A stretch of DNA of 63,731 bases, counting the filler, from Reticulomyxa filosa (taxonomy: Eukaryota; Protista; Foraminifera): NCBI GenBank assembly GCA_000512085.1. It is 24 parts of 24 records of this genome, joined end to end, with 100 filler letters (N's around TTAATTAATTAA, not from the genome) between each part and the next. Parts side by side here need not be neighbours in the genome. Positions count along the whole stretch, not along the records: positions 13,079 to 14,503 come from ASPP01047445.1; positions 14,604 to 16,727 come from ASPP01026155.1; positions 16,828 to 22,578 come from ASPP01008160.1; positions 22,679 to 27,119 come from ASPP01023465.1; 20 more parts are not named here. The stretch is one strand, 5' to 3'. The translations under genes were made by a program, and so were the position numbers. The number at the start of each line of letters is the position of its first letter. Within the stretch, counting starts at the first letter, position 1. The notes under the pieces are model-generated. The model was not told the DNA's origin. It ran no database searches and saw only the letters and a list, made by a program, of their open reading frames with translations. This document shows positions 13,303-25,634 of the stretch, piece after piece.

Positions 13303-13618
13303 TGGAGGTGGTGGGATTAGAACCCACATATCCGCTATTTTAAAGTGAGTTACCTCATTGCTCGGACGCCCAATACTGATATTGCTACTAGCAATGTAGG
13401 ACATCCGTGTGCCAGTATGTAGGCAAGTATACTTATCAATCTGAGACTTCGTGTATAAATACATAAGACGCACTCCTACATACTAGCCAACCAAACAACC
13501 CTTTTGATGCTGTACCATCCCCAAAAAGTTCCGAAGAACTTTCCAAACATGGATTGGCCCTAATGCTGACAAGCCACTTAAATTCGGCTGGCTTTACACA
13601 TTAAGCTACGGCCACCTC
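13303..13618 (-). ncRNA. Candidate ~316-nt structured RNA with tRNA-like termini and a large insert in place of the anticodon loop
   Basis: GAGGTG/CACCTC acceptor-like stem followed by CA (3' end reads CCA), D arm TAGCTTAATGTGTAAAGC, T arm GTGGG-TTCTAAT-CCCAC. Internal 13-, 9- and 7-bp helices with G-U pairs and a C(UUCG)G tetraloop. Confidence 0.7.
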
Positions 13619-15699
13619 AGAATTTTGTAAGCTTGTCCCATTCATCCCCTCCCCAACTCCCAACGATAAATTATTTTTATAATAATAAAAACGCTTTCAG
13701 GTAATCTTTTTTATATAAAAACACATAGTCCGAATGAACGAATGTTTTCGGAGTTTAAAAAAATTTAAACTAACTTTGACCGGTATCAGCAGTAGAATCT
13801 ATATTCAATAAAAAAAAAAACTTTTAAAAAAATTTTTTCCAGAATAAAGAAAAACTTTTTGGCTTGTTGTTCTTCGATACAAGTCCGAAGTAACAAAGCT
13901 AAAAAGCTTTAAATAAATAAAGCCTAGCTTTTGCTTTCTTTTTTGATAAATCAATAAGAAAGTAATTTGCAAAAAACAAACGAAAACAAAAGAAAGTGAC
14001 AGACAAAAAAAAAAAAGGGGGTTACTCAGAACTTTGGTTATAACTCAGAAATATCAGATTTTATGTCATTTCTTTTGTAGTTTTTTCGAATTGCGATTCC
14101 GCATTTAGCTACTGCTAATCTCTTTCAGTAAAAAATTGTATTACAAATTATTGAACAAAAATTAATTGAACTTGCAAAAACTATTGGAAAAAAAACAACA
14201 ACGATTATTTATTTAAATGTCAAGCCTTTTTTAATGTGTAGTTAATGTTATTTGATAATATTGTTGAAAATGTGATTTTGGAGTATATGTGCATTTGATA
14301 ATTATATTGCAATTTTTGTAATATTTTTTTCAGTTGTTGCTATTCAATATATGAACATTTTGTATTCAATTAGACATTATCAAGAAAGCAAACAATAAAA
14401 TCAAGGATTAATTGCATTAATTGCAAGAAACATATGATATGCAATTAAATATTACAATAATAAATTCGTAAAAAAAGAATTTTAAACACATACTTGTGCA
14501 ATTNNNNNNNNNNNNNNNNNNNNNNNNNNNNNNNNNNNNNNNNNNNNTTAATTAATTAANNNNNNNNNNNNNNNNNNNNNNNNNNNNNNNNNNNNNNNNN
14601 NNNATTGTAGAAATGATGAAAACTTTCAAGAAATTCATAAAATATATTTTTTTCACATCCCAACAAAGAAAATTACTGTCATAGATAAAATTTTTAAGGG
14701 TCCAACCAACCCAATTGAAGAAAACAAAAACAAAATATTCTGCAACATTTTTCTGCTTACTGATCGCTTTTTCTCACGCTAAACTTTTTTTTACCAATTA
14801 GCTTCGTTTTCAGCTGCGACGGAAACTTCTTACTCAATAAAAGTTTTTACATATGCAATGAGAAGATGAATGAAATAGAAACAACATTATCACAGTAAAT
14901 AAGTTAAAGAAGGCCGAGTAAGCTCAAATTAAAACGTTGGGCGACAATACAGTATTGAAATGGATAAAAATACAACGTTACAAACTCACATACAACACCT
15001 CCCACATATTAAACGTTCTTATTGTACACCATACTTGAGCCCGCCCTAAAGAAATCTTCGCAAAGAAAACAAAATGACAATTGATTATTCTCCCGAAAAT
15101 TCGTTCAGCGAAAAAACAGATACACTATGCAGACAGTAGCCAAATGTACAGGTAAACCTGACTACTGAAAGTTTATATGCATACAGGATAGCCATGTATC
15201 ACTGTCGAATGTCACAAATTATCCACTTATTCTCGTCGAGTATAGCAAGCAGCGTGCGAACACATAATAGAATCATACCAGGCGAACACGTTTACCAATC
15301 ACTCTCATGCAGAGCCTGCCCACATGCCACCAGTACATCGCACTACATCAACGCAGACACCGCAGCCCACCAATACTGCAAGACAAATCGACAGTGTATT
15401 ACAACTCGAAATCGAAACAGTCAGTAGAAGAAAAGATATTATATCATCAAGCGAGGAGTCCTCCAATGACAAGAAAGATTCAGTGAAAAAAGAAGTTTCC
15501 ACACCAACTATCACAAACAAACGAGACGATCCATCGGAAGCCCAGATTGAAGTCAGCAGAGGAAGAGATTATATTATTTCATCATCTAACGGTAAAAAGA
15601 GACAACCAAAAAACGAATTTTCAATGTCGAACTCCGCTACGTCCCCTTTTTTACCATTTAAACTTCAGGGGCAACGAATACACCTACAACCCCGTGCTG

Positions 15700-16290
15700 C
15701 ACTGGCAAGAAAGTCACAAAATTGACCAAAAACTCCTGCCGAATAAAATAGAAACAATACACTATCCTCGTACCTTCAAAAGCCACAGCAAATATCAGAA
15801 TCGAACAAGCCGAAATCAGTCCAATCGATGCGATAATGATATCAATTCGCAATATTTCACTGCATACAAAATGCTACTACTGCTGCCAAACGACATCAGT
15901 CAACTTCGCGATCCAAGGCATGCACCCAAAGTGCCACAAAGTAGTAAATCGTCCACAACAACTGTCCGACGTGAAATCTGACTTCAGCATACCAGGCGTG
16001 ACAGACGAAAAACACCAATCGATATTGGCCCCAAACCTGAAGAAATAGCGCCATACCCAGCTAAAATTATAGCCAGTGTGGCTAAGGCTGCAAGAAGTCA
16101 CTTTGCGTCGATCACCAGTCTTACCCTCCAAGATATCGCCAACTGCAACAACAAAAAAGCCTTCCAAATGGATGGCCCTGGTGAGAACGATCCTTGGGCC
16201 CCCACCAAACAGGCAACATCACCTCAAAAATAAAAGATGTATATAATACGCAGCAACGAAAAACTTTAAAAGCTTTCAAGTTTTTGGTCC
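15700..16290 (+). mobile_element. Possible degraded DDE (rve-type) integrase remnant
   Basis: Frameshifted motifs in the expected order: CDNDINSQYFTA (cf. SDNG.QF.S), HPKCHKVVNRPQQL (cf. HPQ.NG.VER.NQ.L), then a GPY/F-like module KK..KW..GP(W)...NITSKIKDV...TLKAFK. Confidence 0.4.
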
Positions 16291-17039
16291 CTTCACCGTC
16301 CACGGAATACAATGATTGCGTAATTGCAGAATCCAAATAAGTATCGATGAATCACCTACACTCGACGTGGCCACACCATTCATTCGAAATACTGACCTAC
16401 TTACATCCGATCCCACATTACTATCGAAAAAACAACAAAATAAATCAACAAATTGAATATAGAGTCGTCCGGTAGTATAAACCTTTTCAAGGACAAACAT
16501 TTTAATAAACTTGGAACAGTATCAAGCAGAATAAAATACACGTGAAATTGAGCAAAAGTGGCATAACTAATGACTGAAATAAAAGTCTGCAATGTGGCGC
16601 GAGCAATTTCCTATGGAGCCAGATTGACAGCAATTATCACGACAGATTGCAGTGGGATATCTTTTTCGTCGCTAAGCAGGCAAAATCAACTTTTACTCGA
16701 TACATTTGGGATTTCAAAAGATACACCNNNNNNNNNNNNNNNNNNNNNNNNNNNNNNNNNNNNNNNNNNNNTTAATTAATTAANNNNNNNNNNNNNNNNN
16801 NNNNNNNNNNNNNNNNNNNNNNNNNNNCAACATTAAAGGACTTCATAGTAATGTGTCTTTTTTTTTTTTTTCTTCAATCGTCGCAATTTCGCTTAAACTT
16901 TTGCACACATACACATTACCCCCCCTTTTTTTTTTTTAAGAAAAAAAAAACAACATACATACAAACAACATTGAATTAATTGTTGCAATGTAATCATATT
17001 GGATATTATTATTTATTTATTTGTTTGAAAAAAAAAAAG

Positions 17040-18484
17040 GCGGATGGCGCTTTGATGGTGGTCGACTCGTCGAGACCATGTCCGGGACCTCAGACAGTTC
17101 AACACACGAACGCTGCATATGTGTTGGGAGTGCTGACGAACGATTACACTGACCAACCCAAAGTGAACAACTACGAAAAGTATACGAAGGTAATCGTATC
17201 ACAGAACAAGATCGACCTGGTTGAAGAAAAGGAAGCCTGCTTGCATTACGAGTCGATCAAAAACTTTTTGCGAAGCTATTCGAATCATTTGGCCATTGAG
17301 ACGCCCATTTTGCCGATCTCGGCACAATCGAAACTCAACATCGATGCTCTGTTGATGATTATCACCAAGCGCCTCCCTCCTTACAGCGCACGCCTAATAC
17401 CAAGACAACAAACCAAGTCGGTGGTTCCTCTTCTAACCATCTCCAACAAATTTGCAAAAAGCCCTTTGGACGACCAAGAATTGCGAATCAATATCATTCG
17501 AAGCTTTGATGTCAATCGGGGTATGGAATTGAAGGAGGCCACAGACGTAGATAAAATCCAAGGTTAATAAAAAAGATACACATATATGCATACAATGTTG
17601 TTCACTTTTATTATTTATTTATTTATTACTTTATTATTATTTTTTTTTTAAAATGTGTGGAACGTCCTCAGGTGGAGTCGTCGGAGGTGTGATTTTGTCC
17701 GGTGTTTTGCGATTAGGCCAGGTAGTTGAAATTAGACCTGGCCTCATCTTGAACGATGATGACGGAAATTTTGTTGTTTATCCCATCCGATCACATGTCC
17801 ATCATATTCAATGTGGTGTGCAAGCTTTGCCCGAAGTTTATCCTGGCGCAAATGTTGGAGTGCAGTTGAATATTGATCCATTTTTGACCAAAGGAGACCG
17901 AATGGTGGGACATGTCATGATCGCTGTGAACTTGGATCAAAATGAAAATACTAGTGAAAGACGTCTTGAGGAAGACGATATCGATGAAAAAATCAATCAA
18001 AAACCCTTTGAAAAAAAACCACCAGTGTTTTACAAATGCATATTAACTTATGTGCTTTTGGAAGGATACGAAAAAGCACCTTTCTCTAAAGGTGAAACAT
18101 TGCGCTTGAATGTGGGATCTGTCAAAGTGGTATGTTTAATTTTTGTTTTGTTTCCCTCAAATATATACATATACATATGAAAGAAAGTGTTTTCTTAGTG
18201 AAAGGGAAAAAAAAAGCAATTTCTATCCCTTATTTCTTATTTTGTATGTATATGTAATTGTCACGAAGAACGGAACAGTGACCAAGCCCAAAATGAAAAT
18301 CACTGATGGCAAAGGTGAACATAAAGTAGCCATATCTGTGGAATTGACCTCACCAATATGCGCAGATGTAGGAAGCTTATGTGCAATCACTCGTAATATA
18401 AAAAAGAAATGGGTTTTAGCTGCTGGTGCTGTCATTCAAAGTGTTCAGTCAATGACTTTGCAACATGTCGGCTCGCATGTGTGA
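17040..18484 (+). CDS. Divergent eIF2-gamma-like translational GTPase, 5'-truncated
   Basis: DGALMVV...CPGPQT..H, QNKIDLV (G4), PISAQ, IRSFDVN, GGVVGG, VEIRPG and IDPFLTKGDRMVG. Exons 17040-17562, 17672-18129 and 18269-18484. Confidence 0.88.
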
Positions 18485-20417
18485 TCAAACACAAAACTGA
18501 TTCTTGAATTTATCATTTTTTTTGGGGTTATTTTTTATTTCAACTAGCGTTGAATTGATTTTTATTTTACACTAAAATTTTTGTTTTTTTTTGAATAAAA
18601 AAAAGATTGTCTTTATCTTCCGTTCAAATAATATATCATTTCAATAAGCTGTTACTCCGTATCTTTTATCATAAAATCAATGAATCTGTTTTGAAAATTG
18701 GTAAACTGTACGCTTAAGCCGTTTACCAAGATTTAAAAAAGCCAGCAAACTAATTATTACAAAAAAAAGTGTAATAATGAATAAAATTTTGGAGTATATA
18801 TAACATATTGTATAATATAATTATCAACTAGTAGTCGCACTCTTTATGCTTTTATATGAAATTGATCATACCAAAAGCACTAGATTTTGTTATAGATTAT
18901 GTGGCACGAGAGCGTGTGTTGCCTGCTATATATTGAAAATGATGTTCAATAATATAACAACAGTCTAAGTCCATATCACAAGGCACATTATAGCGATAAA
19001 TATGTTGTTATTCGATATTCTTCTGTGAGGACTTAACTGTAACTAGCTATTAATCAAGGGTATATGGATATATATTAAATCACAATCATAATCTTTTTTT
19101 ATATATTATATATATTATTTCATATATCATTTAAACTGACTTTGTGATTACTGTCAATCGTGATTATTCAGTTCATTATATTATTTGATAATTTTTTCAT
19201 ATTTATGTCATGTTGCATTATCTTGGTGAAAAGACAAATAATTTTTAACAATATTCTTTCAAGATAAAAAATATTAATGTGAGAAATTTGAAACTGTACT
19301 TTAGAAGAATGTGCACTTATTTTTCAATTTCTGATTGAATTAATGTAATTAAGATTTTATTACTAGTTGAAAATTCATAGAATGACAAAAGCTAAAACTT
19401 ATATCAGTAATTTCGCAAGTAACAATCCAAAGTTATTAAAATAGTTTAATTCTTTATTGCCTCAGTAGGCTGCAAAAAAAAACATACTTTTCTAAAAAAT
19501 TATATTTAACTTATGTTTTTCATGGAGAAAATCCATCATCTTCATAAGGTAGCATTTTATGAGTTCACTTTTTTTTATAAAAAACAACAATAAAACATTA
19601 TAATCATTTGTGAATTCTTTCAAAAATTTATTTAATTATTCGAATAACTTTGTCTCACAATAACAATTTTTGACTAAAATAATTGCATCAATAACTACAA
19701 TTAACGCACAAACACAATTGAACAATTTTTTTGTATCACCTGTTCTTATTTTTATAATATAATGGAAATTATTTGAAATCGTTTTTGTGCTACTCCGAAC
19801 AATTTTCTCAAGTTAATTAACAGATTTTGTTAAATTTCACACTCAAATAGCATATTTCAGTCAGCGACATTAACAAATATCCCTATGCAGAACCTAAAAT
19901 AAATACAATTAAATATTTTTTAACAAATTCAATGAATTACATTCATTTAGTGTCTGAATTACATATTTTTTAGCGATCAAATAGAATGAATAAGTTTGTC
20001 GAATTTGATTGCTTGAAAAATTGATTTTTTTTGTTTTTATCCCATTTGATTCAAAAAAATTGTAGGAGACTGCAGGAAGAAAAATTAAGATATTTTTTGA
20101 TTTGTGTGAAACAAAAAAAAGTTGGTCATACGCACGACATCAATAATAAAACAAATAAACCATGTTTTGGTTTTTTATTGTTGGCCATGTTTGAAATTTC
20201 ATAATGTTTGATGATAAGTTTTGGAATTAAAATTGAAACTGCGGACAAGAGAAAAATCGAGCCATTTGTTCACAAAGACAAGTCCAATGAGATGTACGAT
20301 TATGCTGTTCACAAAAGTAATTGTAGTGATCCCTCTTGATATCTCTGGTAGGGTCGTTTTATTTTTTTGTAATTCTTCAAGCTCTTGTGGAAAAGCCAAT
20401 GAAGAAAAAATGCAATC

Positions 20418-21186
20418 TCATTCTTCTTCTAATTTCTGTTTTTGTACTTTTTTTTCTTCTTCAATTTGACGCTCAATAATTTGTTCGCGCAGCTTCGCCA
20501 CTTTCTTACGCTCTTTTTCAGTTTCCTTTCGCTTTTCACTCTTCTCTCTTTGATAATACAACACCACTAAATATCTCCCATTTACCATAAAACCTGACAA
20601 AGCCTCAAGAGCTGCTTTTGCCTCGAATATGTCTTCATATATGACAAAAGCTGTTCCTCGAGTTTCGTTCGTTACACCTCTTTAGTACGACGGATAAATT
20701 TTTTTTTTATACATGGATAAAAAAAAACAAATCAATTTGTATTTTGATTTGGTTATGATTTAATTTAAGTCTTTGTTTTTTAGGTTTAAGTCTAAAATCA
20801 AAACTTTCTTATTTGGTGAATTGCACCATACCGCCCAAAAATCTCGAACAGATTTTCGTCGGTTATTTTGAAGGGAAGGTTCCTATGTTATTTTATTTTG
20901 CAATACTTCTATCTTTTTTTATCCACCGTTAGTTATCTCTTTCCCTCTCTCCCTTTTGTCGTTTTGTTATCTCTAATTTTTTTTCACAAATTGGTGTAGA
21001 TAATGAACAAATGCAAAATAGAACTTAATTCACTTGACATAAAGAATACGATTGACTTCAGGCGGTAATCTCTCCTATGTAACGTCAAACTAAGTCAATT
21101 CAAAGTATAAAAAAACAAGATTTGATATTCCTTACATTTCGGCTTTTAAACGCCGGCGATGCCAAAAGTTCCATGGAATCATTCAT
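20418..21186 (-). CDS. SF3B6: Splicing factor 3B subunit 6 (p14), complete, four exons
   Basis: Exons 21186-21136, 21074-21034, 20882-20805 and 20679-20418 give [20 protein letters not shown]...[13 protein letters not shown]...[17 protein letters not shown]...[14 protein letters not shown]. Confidence 0.96.
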
Positions 21187-21560
21187 TGCTTCTTTTTATT
21201 ATGTATTTGTGATGGCCTTGTCCCAAAAAATAATGAACTAAACCCCTTGACTTTGCAAACTCCACTTCACTAATCTTTCATGGCATTGAAGAATAATGAA
21301 AAAAGAGCATTTACTAGAAGAACTAACTTCATATTTAGCGATAATGCTGGCAGCTATCGTTACTGATTTGGATCTGAGTTAGATGCTGCAATGATGACTA
21401 CACGATTATTTTGTTATTTCTTGAAATGATGTGGACGTTTTGAAGAACATTGGCATTTTAAAAAAAAGTAAGTCAACTGCACCCAAACACATTTTACAAG
21501 CGTGGCCTACTAAAAAAAATTACAACAAAAGAGGAATAAAAAAAAAGTGATACATGGCGA

Positions 21561-22578
21561 TCAAAGCCAAATGTTTTTCTTCTTCAAGCGATACTTGAAC
21601 CACTTATAAATGGCAATAGGAACAAGTGCTCCCATTGCGGAAGCAATGGTCCAAAAGGCATAGGGATTATGTTCAAGATGTGAGTCTAAGTTCATCCCAA
21701 ACATGGACGTGACTAAAGCGCAGTAGCTGAAGCCCATGGTCAGAACAGTGAGCTTGGCAGTGACACGCATGATTTCGTTACGATTTCGGTTCAAAGCATA
21801 GTTGCTTGTTTTCTCGTGCGTTTCGACTTCGTCGAGTAACAAGCGCATGCGATGTTGAATTTCCTCGAATTGCCATAAGTAGTTTTCCATGATCAGCTCA
21901 ATTTGATCGTATCTACGCGAATCGGGTGATGTGGAATCCCATCCTCCAAGAGCTGTATTGTCTTCATACTTGAAGGGTGTTGCCACGGGCCACTCGTTGC
22001 TGCCAGTGGAAAACTCTTCCAACAGTCTGGCGTTTTTGCGATCGGTCAAATGCATGCTTCGCAAATCATGATGATTGCCGAGAACAGTTCCAAACTCGCG
22101 AATTAGCGCTGTCATATCGTTGATTGCTATGTTCAAATCCGTCTTTATTTTCGGAATGTCGAAAGCGGTAGTACTGGTTTCGGACGTCTTTTTGGTCTGT
22201 CCCTCTTCCTTCGCACTTGGGCTAGAAGATGAAGGGGGATTTGTCGATGTGTTTTCTGTTGTGTTTTTGGGCACACTAAGTTTTGCAAGGTTCAAATACA
22301 CCGGTTCAGTAAAACCCATTTTTTGCTGACTTTCAAAGTATTGTAAAATTTGCTTGCACTTGCTTTGCAGCACGTACATGCGTCGACGGCGTACCGATAC
22401 AACCGATTTACACAACGCATCCAAACATTGTATTTCGAAAGCTAGTGGCGCTTTTTTTAATTTTTCGGCTGTTTCTTTCGCTGAAGTACTACGTATACTA
22501 CTACTCTCACTATTCGTAGTATTAGTATTATTATCATTGCTATTACTATTACTATTACTATCACTATTACTATTACTA
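21561..22578 (-). CDS. MRS2/CorA-family Mg2+ transporter, C-terminal part
   Basis: IELIMENY, LNRNRNEIM, and two C-terminal TM helices with the FGMNL signature. Confidence 0.92.
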
Positions 22579-22678
22579 NNNNNNNNNNNNNNNNNNNNNN
22601 NNNNNNNNNNNNNNNNNNNNNNTTAATTAATTAANNNNNNNNNNNNNNNNNNNNNNNNNNNNNNNNNNNNNNNNNNNN

Positions 22679-22682
<4 letters not shown>

Positions 22683-22733
<51 letters not shown>
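22683..22733. repeat. (TA)n microsatellite
   Basis: About 25 TA units at a contig edge. Similar runs occur in many introns and contig ends. Confidence 0.9.
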
Positions 22734-22737
<4 letters not shown>

Positions 22738-22768
22738 ACATGCATGTGTATATGTATACGTATTATAG

Positions 22769-23026
22769 CACGTGCGGCTTTAATTTTTGAGTTCATTCGT
22801 CCTGAACATAAGTTATGGTGTCTTCCTGATTTCACGGATAAACACATGAACGACGTGCTGACGTTGATATTTGACCTGCTGTTGACCTTGCCCAATACGA
22901 CGGATTCAACAAATCAAACGTATTTGCAAGATAGCCTCGAGTTGGTGGATACGTTGATGAAGCAGCTGAACAAATGTCTGTTCCGGTCCGACAGCGAAGA
23001 AAATCGTCCCAATGATAACAACAATC

Positions 23027-23070
<44 letters not shown>

Positions 23071-24306
23071 GACGACAATGTAGACGAAAAGATACCATTG
23101 CAATCTTTGCAACAAAAAGGAAAAGAAAAAGGAAATTGGAATTTGCGTGTATGCAAAGAGCTGTTAGACACCCCTGCCAATCTCTTGTACCAAGTGTTGG
23201 TAGAGTCCGTTCGAATACGCAACGGAACTGACATCACCCAGCAAAATGTGAGAAGCGACATGCTCCTCTCGCCGTCCTTTATGTACTACTTGTTTGGAGT
23301 CGCTTGCTTGCATCTGAGCGCCCTAACATCCGACCGTGACCAGTCTTTGGCGCTGTCCAACACCGCCACGACCTACTTGTCCCATTGCAAAGGAAATGAG
23401 GGCGGCGGGAGACTGGTCGACAGCGACTTGAGTATGGCCTATGGCGTCTGTCAGTGGGACCACGTCCAAGCCTTGCGCTATGTAAAACAAGCCAATCAAG
23501 GGGCTCATCCGTTTGAGTACTTTTTTTTTTGTTTTTTTGGTGACATGATAAATGTACGTATACTAATATGTATGGGGGGGGGGGCGGGCGGCAAAATAGA
23601 AGCAATTATGACAAAGTAATGCTTGCAGTGGTACTGTGCCATGTGTTCAGCTCACATGTGCAAAGGACGATAATCGAGGCAGTGTATGCGAGCAGGGAAC
23701 AGCAGAACTGCGATCGAGACGAGCTGCAAATGTGCTGTCGTCAGTTTGAGGACATTTGCTGGAATGCGGAATTGGCGATGCAATATTATTTGAACCACTT
23801 AGATACCACTACAATTGAACACAACTTCGAATTGGACCAAGAATGGATCGAGTCATTTCAGTACCCACCTGCAGCTCAAAAACGCTTGAGAGAGGCGAGG
23901 CCGAGGGAATACAGTAATAAAAATCTCGCTGCGACACTCGACAAATTGGTAGAGCTCACGTTTGCGTTTCATTATAATCGATGGCTGATTCTTCAATCCA
24001 TTCAACGCCACAAAATCATCAACTGCTTCGCTTTGGCTGCTGCTATCACCCAAGAGGAATTCGCCCAGGTCGAGAAAGCCTTGTCTCCATTCGTCAGGTC
24101 CTTGGAGGATGATTCTGATTTCAATCAAATATATAATGCTGTCCTGCGCACCATCACTCCCGAGAAGATCAACAAAAAGTCAAATAAGAAAAAGAAAATT
24201 TCTGATGCTGATGACAACCATAGCAATACAGATAACGCCAATCGCAATGATGACGATGATGATGATAATGATGATGATGATAATGATGATGATGATAATG
24301 ATGATA

Positions 24307-24340
<34 letters not shown>

Positions 24341-24458
24341 AAAGTCTATTGATTCGGATGTTCCAGATAATAATGATAACTCGTCCGACTGCCATTGTGG
24401 ATGTTCTAGCGGTTGTGAAGTCGATCGTGATTCTGACCAGGAATCAGATATCGATTGA
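22769..24458 (+). CDS. Protein of unknown function with poly-Asn and Asp-rich tracts, 5'-truncated, two exons visible
   Basis: Two long higher-GC ORFs (22732-23619 and 23568-24458) joined across an intron-like T/G-run gap at ~23517-23600. (AAT)n at ~23027-23069 and (GAT/AAT)n at ~24247-24340. Confidence 0.75.
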
Positions 24459-24901
24459 CGATCGCTAAAGAAAAAGGAGGAGGGAGAGAAGAGAATAAAT
24501 ACACAACTACTTTTTTTCTTTTTTAATGGTCTTTAAAAGTAGATACATTGTCACACATAAATATAAAAGCAGAAACATTTTTTGAGATTTTCAAATGGAA
24601 AGCGGGATTTCATTTATTATTTGTAAACTCGACTCAATTTTTTACTTTGTTTCTTCAGTGTTGCTGTTTTAAAATTTAAATTTGCACTGCGAATAGTGTC
24701 ATTCGCCAAAACTTAATATGGAAAAATACTGCAGTCTCCAGTTTTCTTCCACCTGAACAAGAGGAAAATACAAACACATCTTAGAGTTTAAATACAAAAG
24801 TAAACAGTCGATCAGAACGTGTCGTTCATTTACAAAAACTCAAGGTATATCGTTATCATCGGACATTTCGGTGTGAAAACCTATTTGCGTTTGAGAAGAA
24901 A

Positions 24902-25234
24902 ATGTATGAAAAATTGATTAGCTTGGCTTTTAACAAGGATATTGTGGCTTATCCTGCTTTAAGATACGGGCTGGGTTTCTCTTACCTAGGGATAGCAGGT
25001 CTTAGTATTATCCCTGCCATGATGAGTCCAATGGTGTATGATAGCCCTAAAAGTGGTGGCTACTGGACATCTTGTTTTTTTCTCTCGATATTTTTGTCAC
25101 CCGTGGTAATGACAATAAGTGGGATTGGTGTTTTGAGCGGCTTCACGTCTTTTGCGTATATTCCATTGGTGTGGCTTGGCTTTGGCGCTCATGCTATTAT
25201 TGGGATGCAAGTGTTTAAACAAGGTAATTTTTAG
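24902..25234 (+). CDS. Small intronless membrane protein (110 aa, about three TM helices)
   Basis: ATG-to-TAG ORF with three hydrophobic segments and a PAMMSPMVYDSPKS loop. Confidence 0.7.
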   Translation: MYEKLISLAFNKDIVAYPALRYGLGFSYLGIAGLSIIPAMMSPMVYDSPKSGGYWTSCFFLSIFLSPVVMTISGIGVLSGFTSFAYIPLVWLGFGAHAIIGMQVFKQGNF

Positions 25235-25634
25235 TCCCAAATATTGTGCTGCATACATAAAGATAAGCCCTTCTAAAGAAACTAAACAACGAATAAATGA
25301 AAAACTTTTTTCTTTTAATTGAAACACTCTTATATTTCTGAATCGGTCATCATCGAAAACATGTATTTGTTTCTAGACAATTCTTCACTATTAATTTTAC
25401 AATTCGAGTTCGGCGATAAAAACAAAATTCGGCTTGTTAAATAAGTGAACATAATTTAAATTTAATAAATAACCAACTTCAACAACTATTTATAGTTTGA
25501 TTCACAATTCCAACAAAAATTAGTCAAATACTTTTTTAAAAAGATTAAATGAATAACTTTTGCTTGTTTCGAGTTTTAATGTTTGCAGAGAAAAAGGTGC
25601 GTCAAATATTAGAAATAAAGATCAAACCTCAATA

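Noticed and set aside
13276-13473. 65-aa minus-strand ORF as a protein or tmRNA tag
   Set aside because: No ATG start, it runs through the T arm and past the CCA, and it has no tag-like Ala-Ala end.
18485-20417. Long AT-rich interval, including the ORFs at 20199-20469
   Set aside because: No recognisable motifs, repeats or structure. It is consistent with UTR and intergenic DNA between convergent genes.
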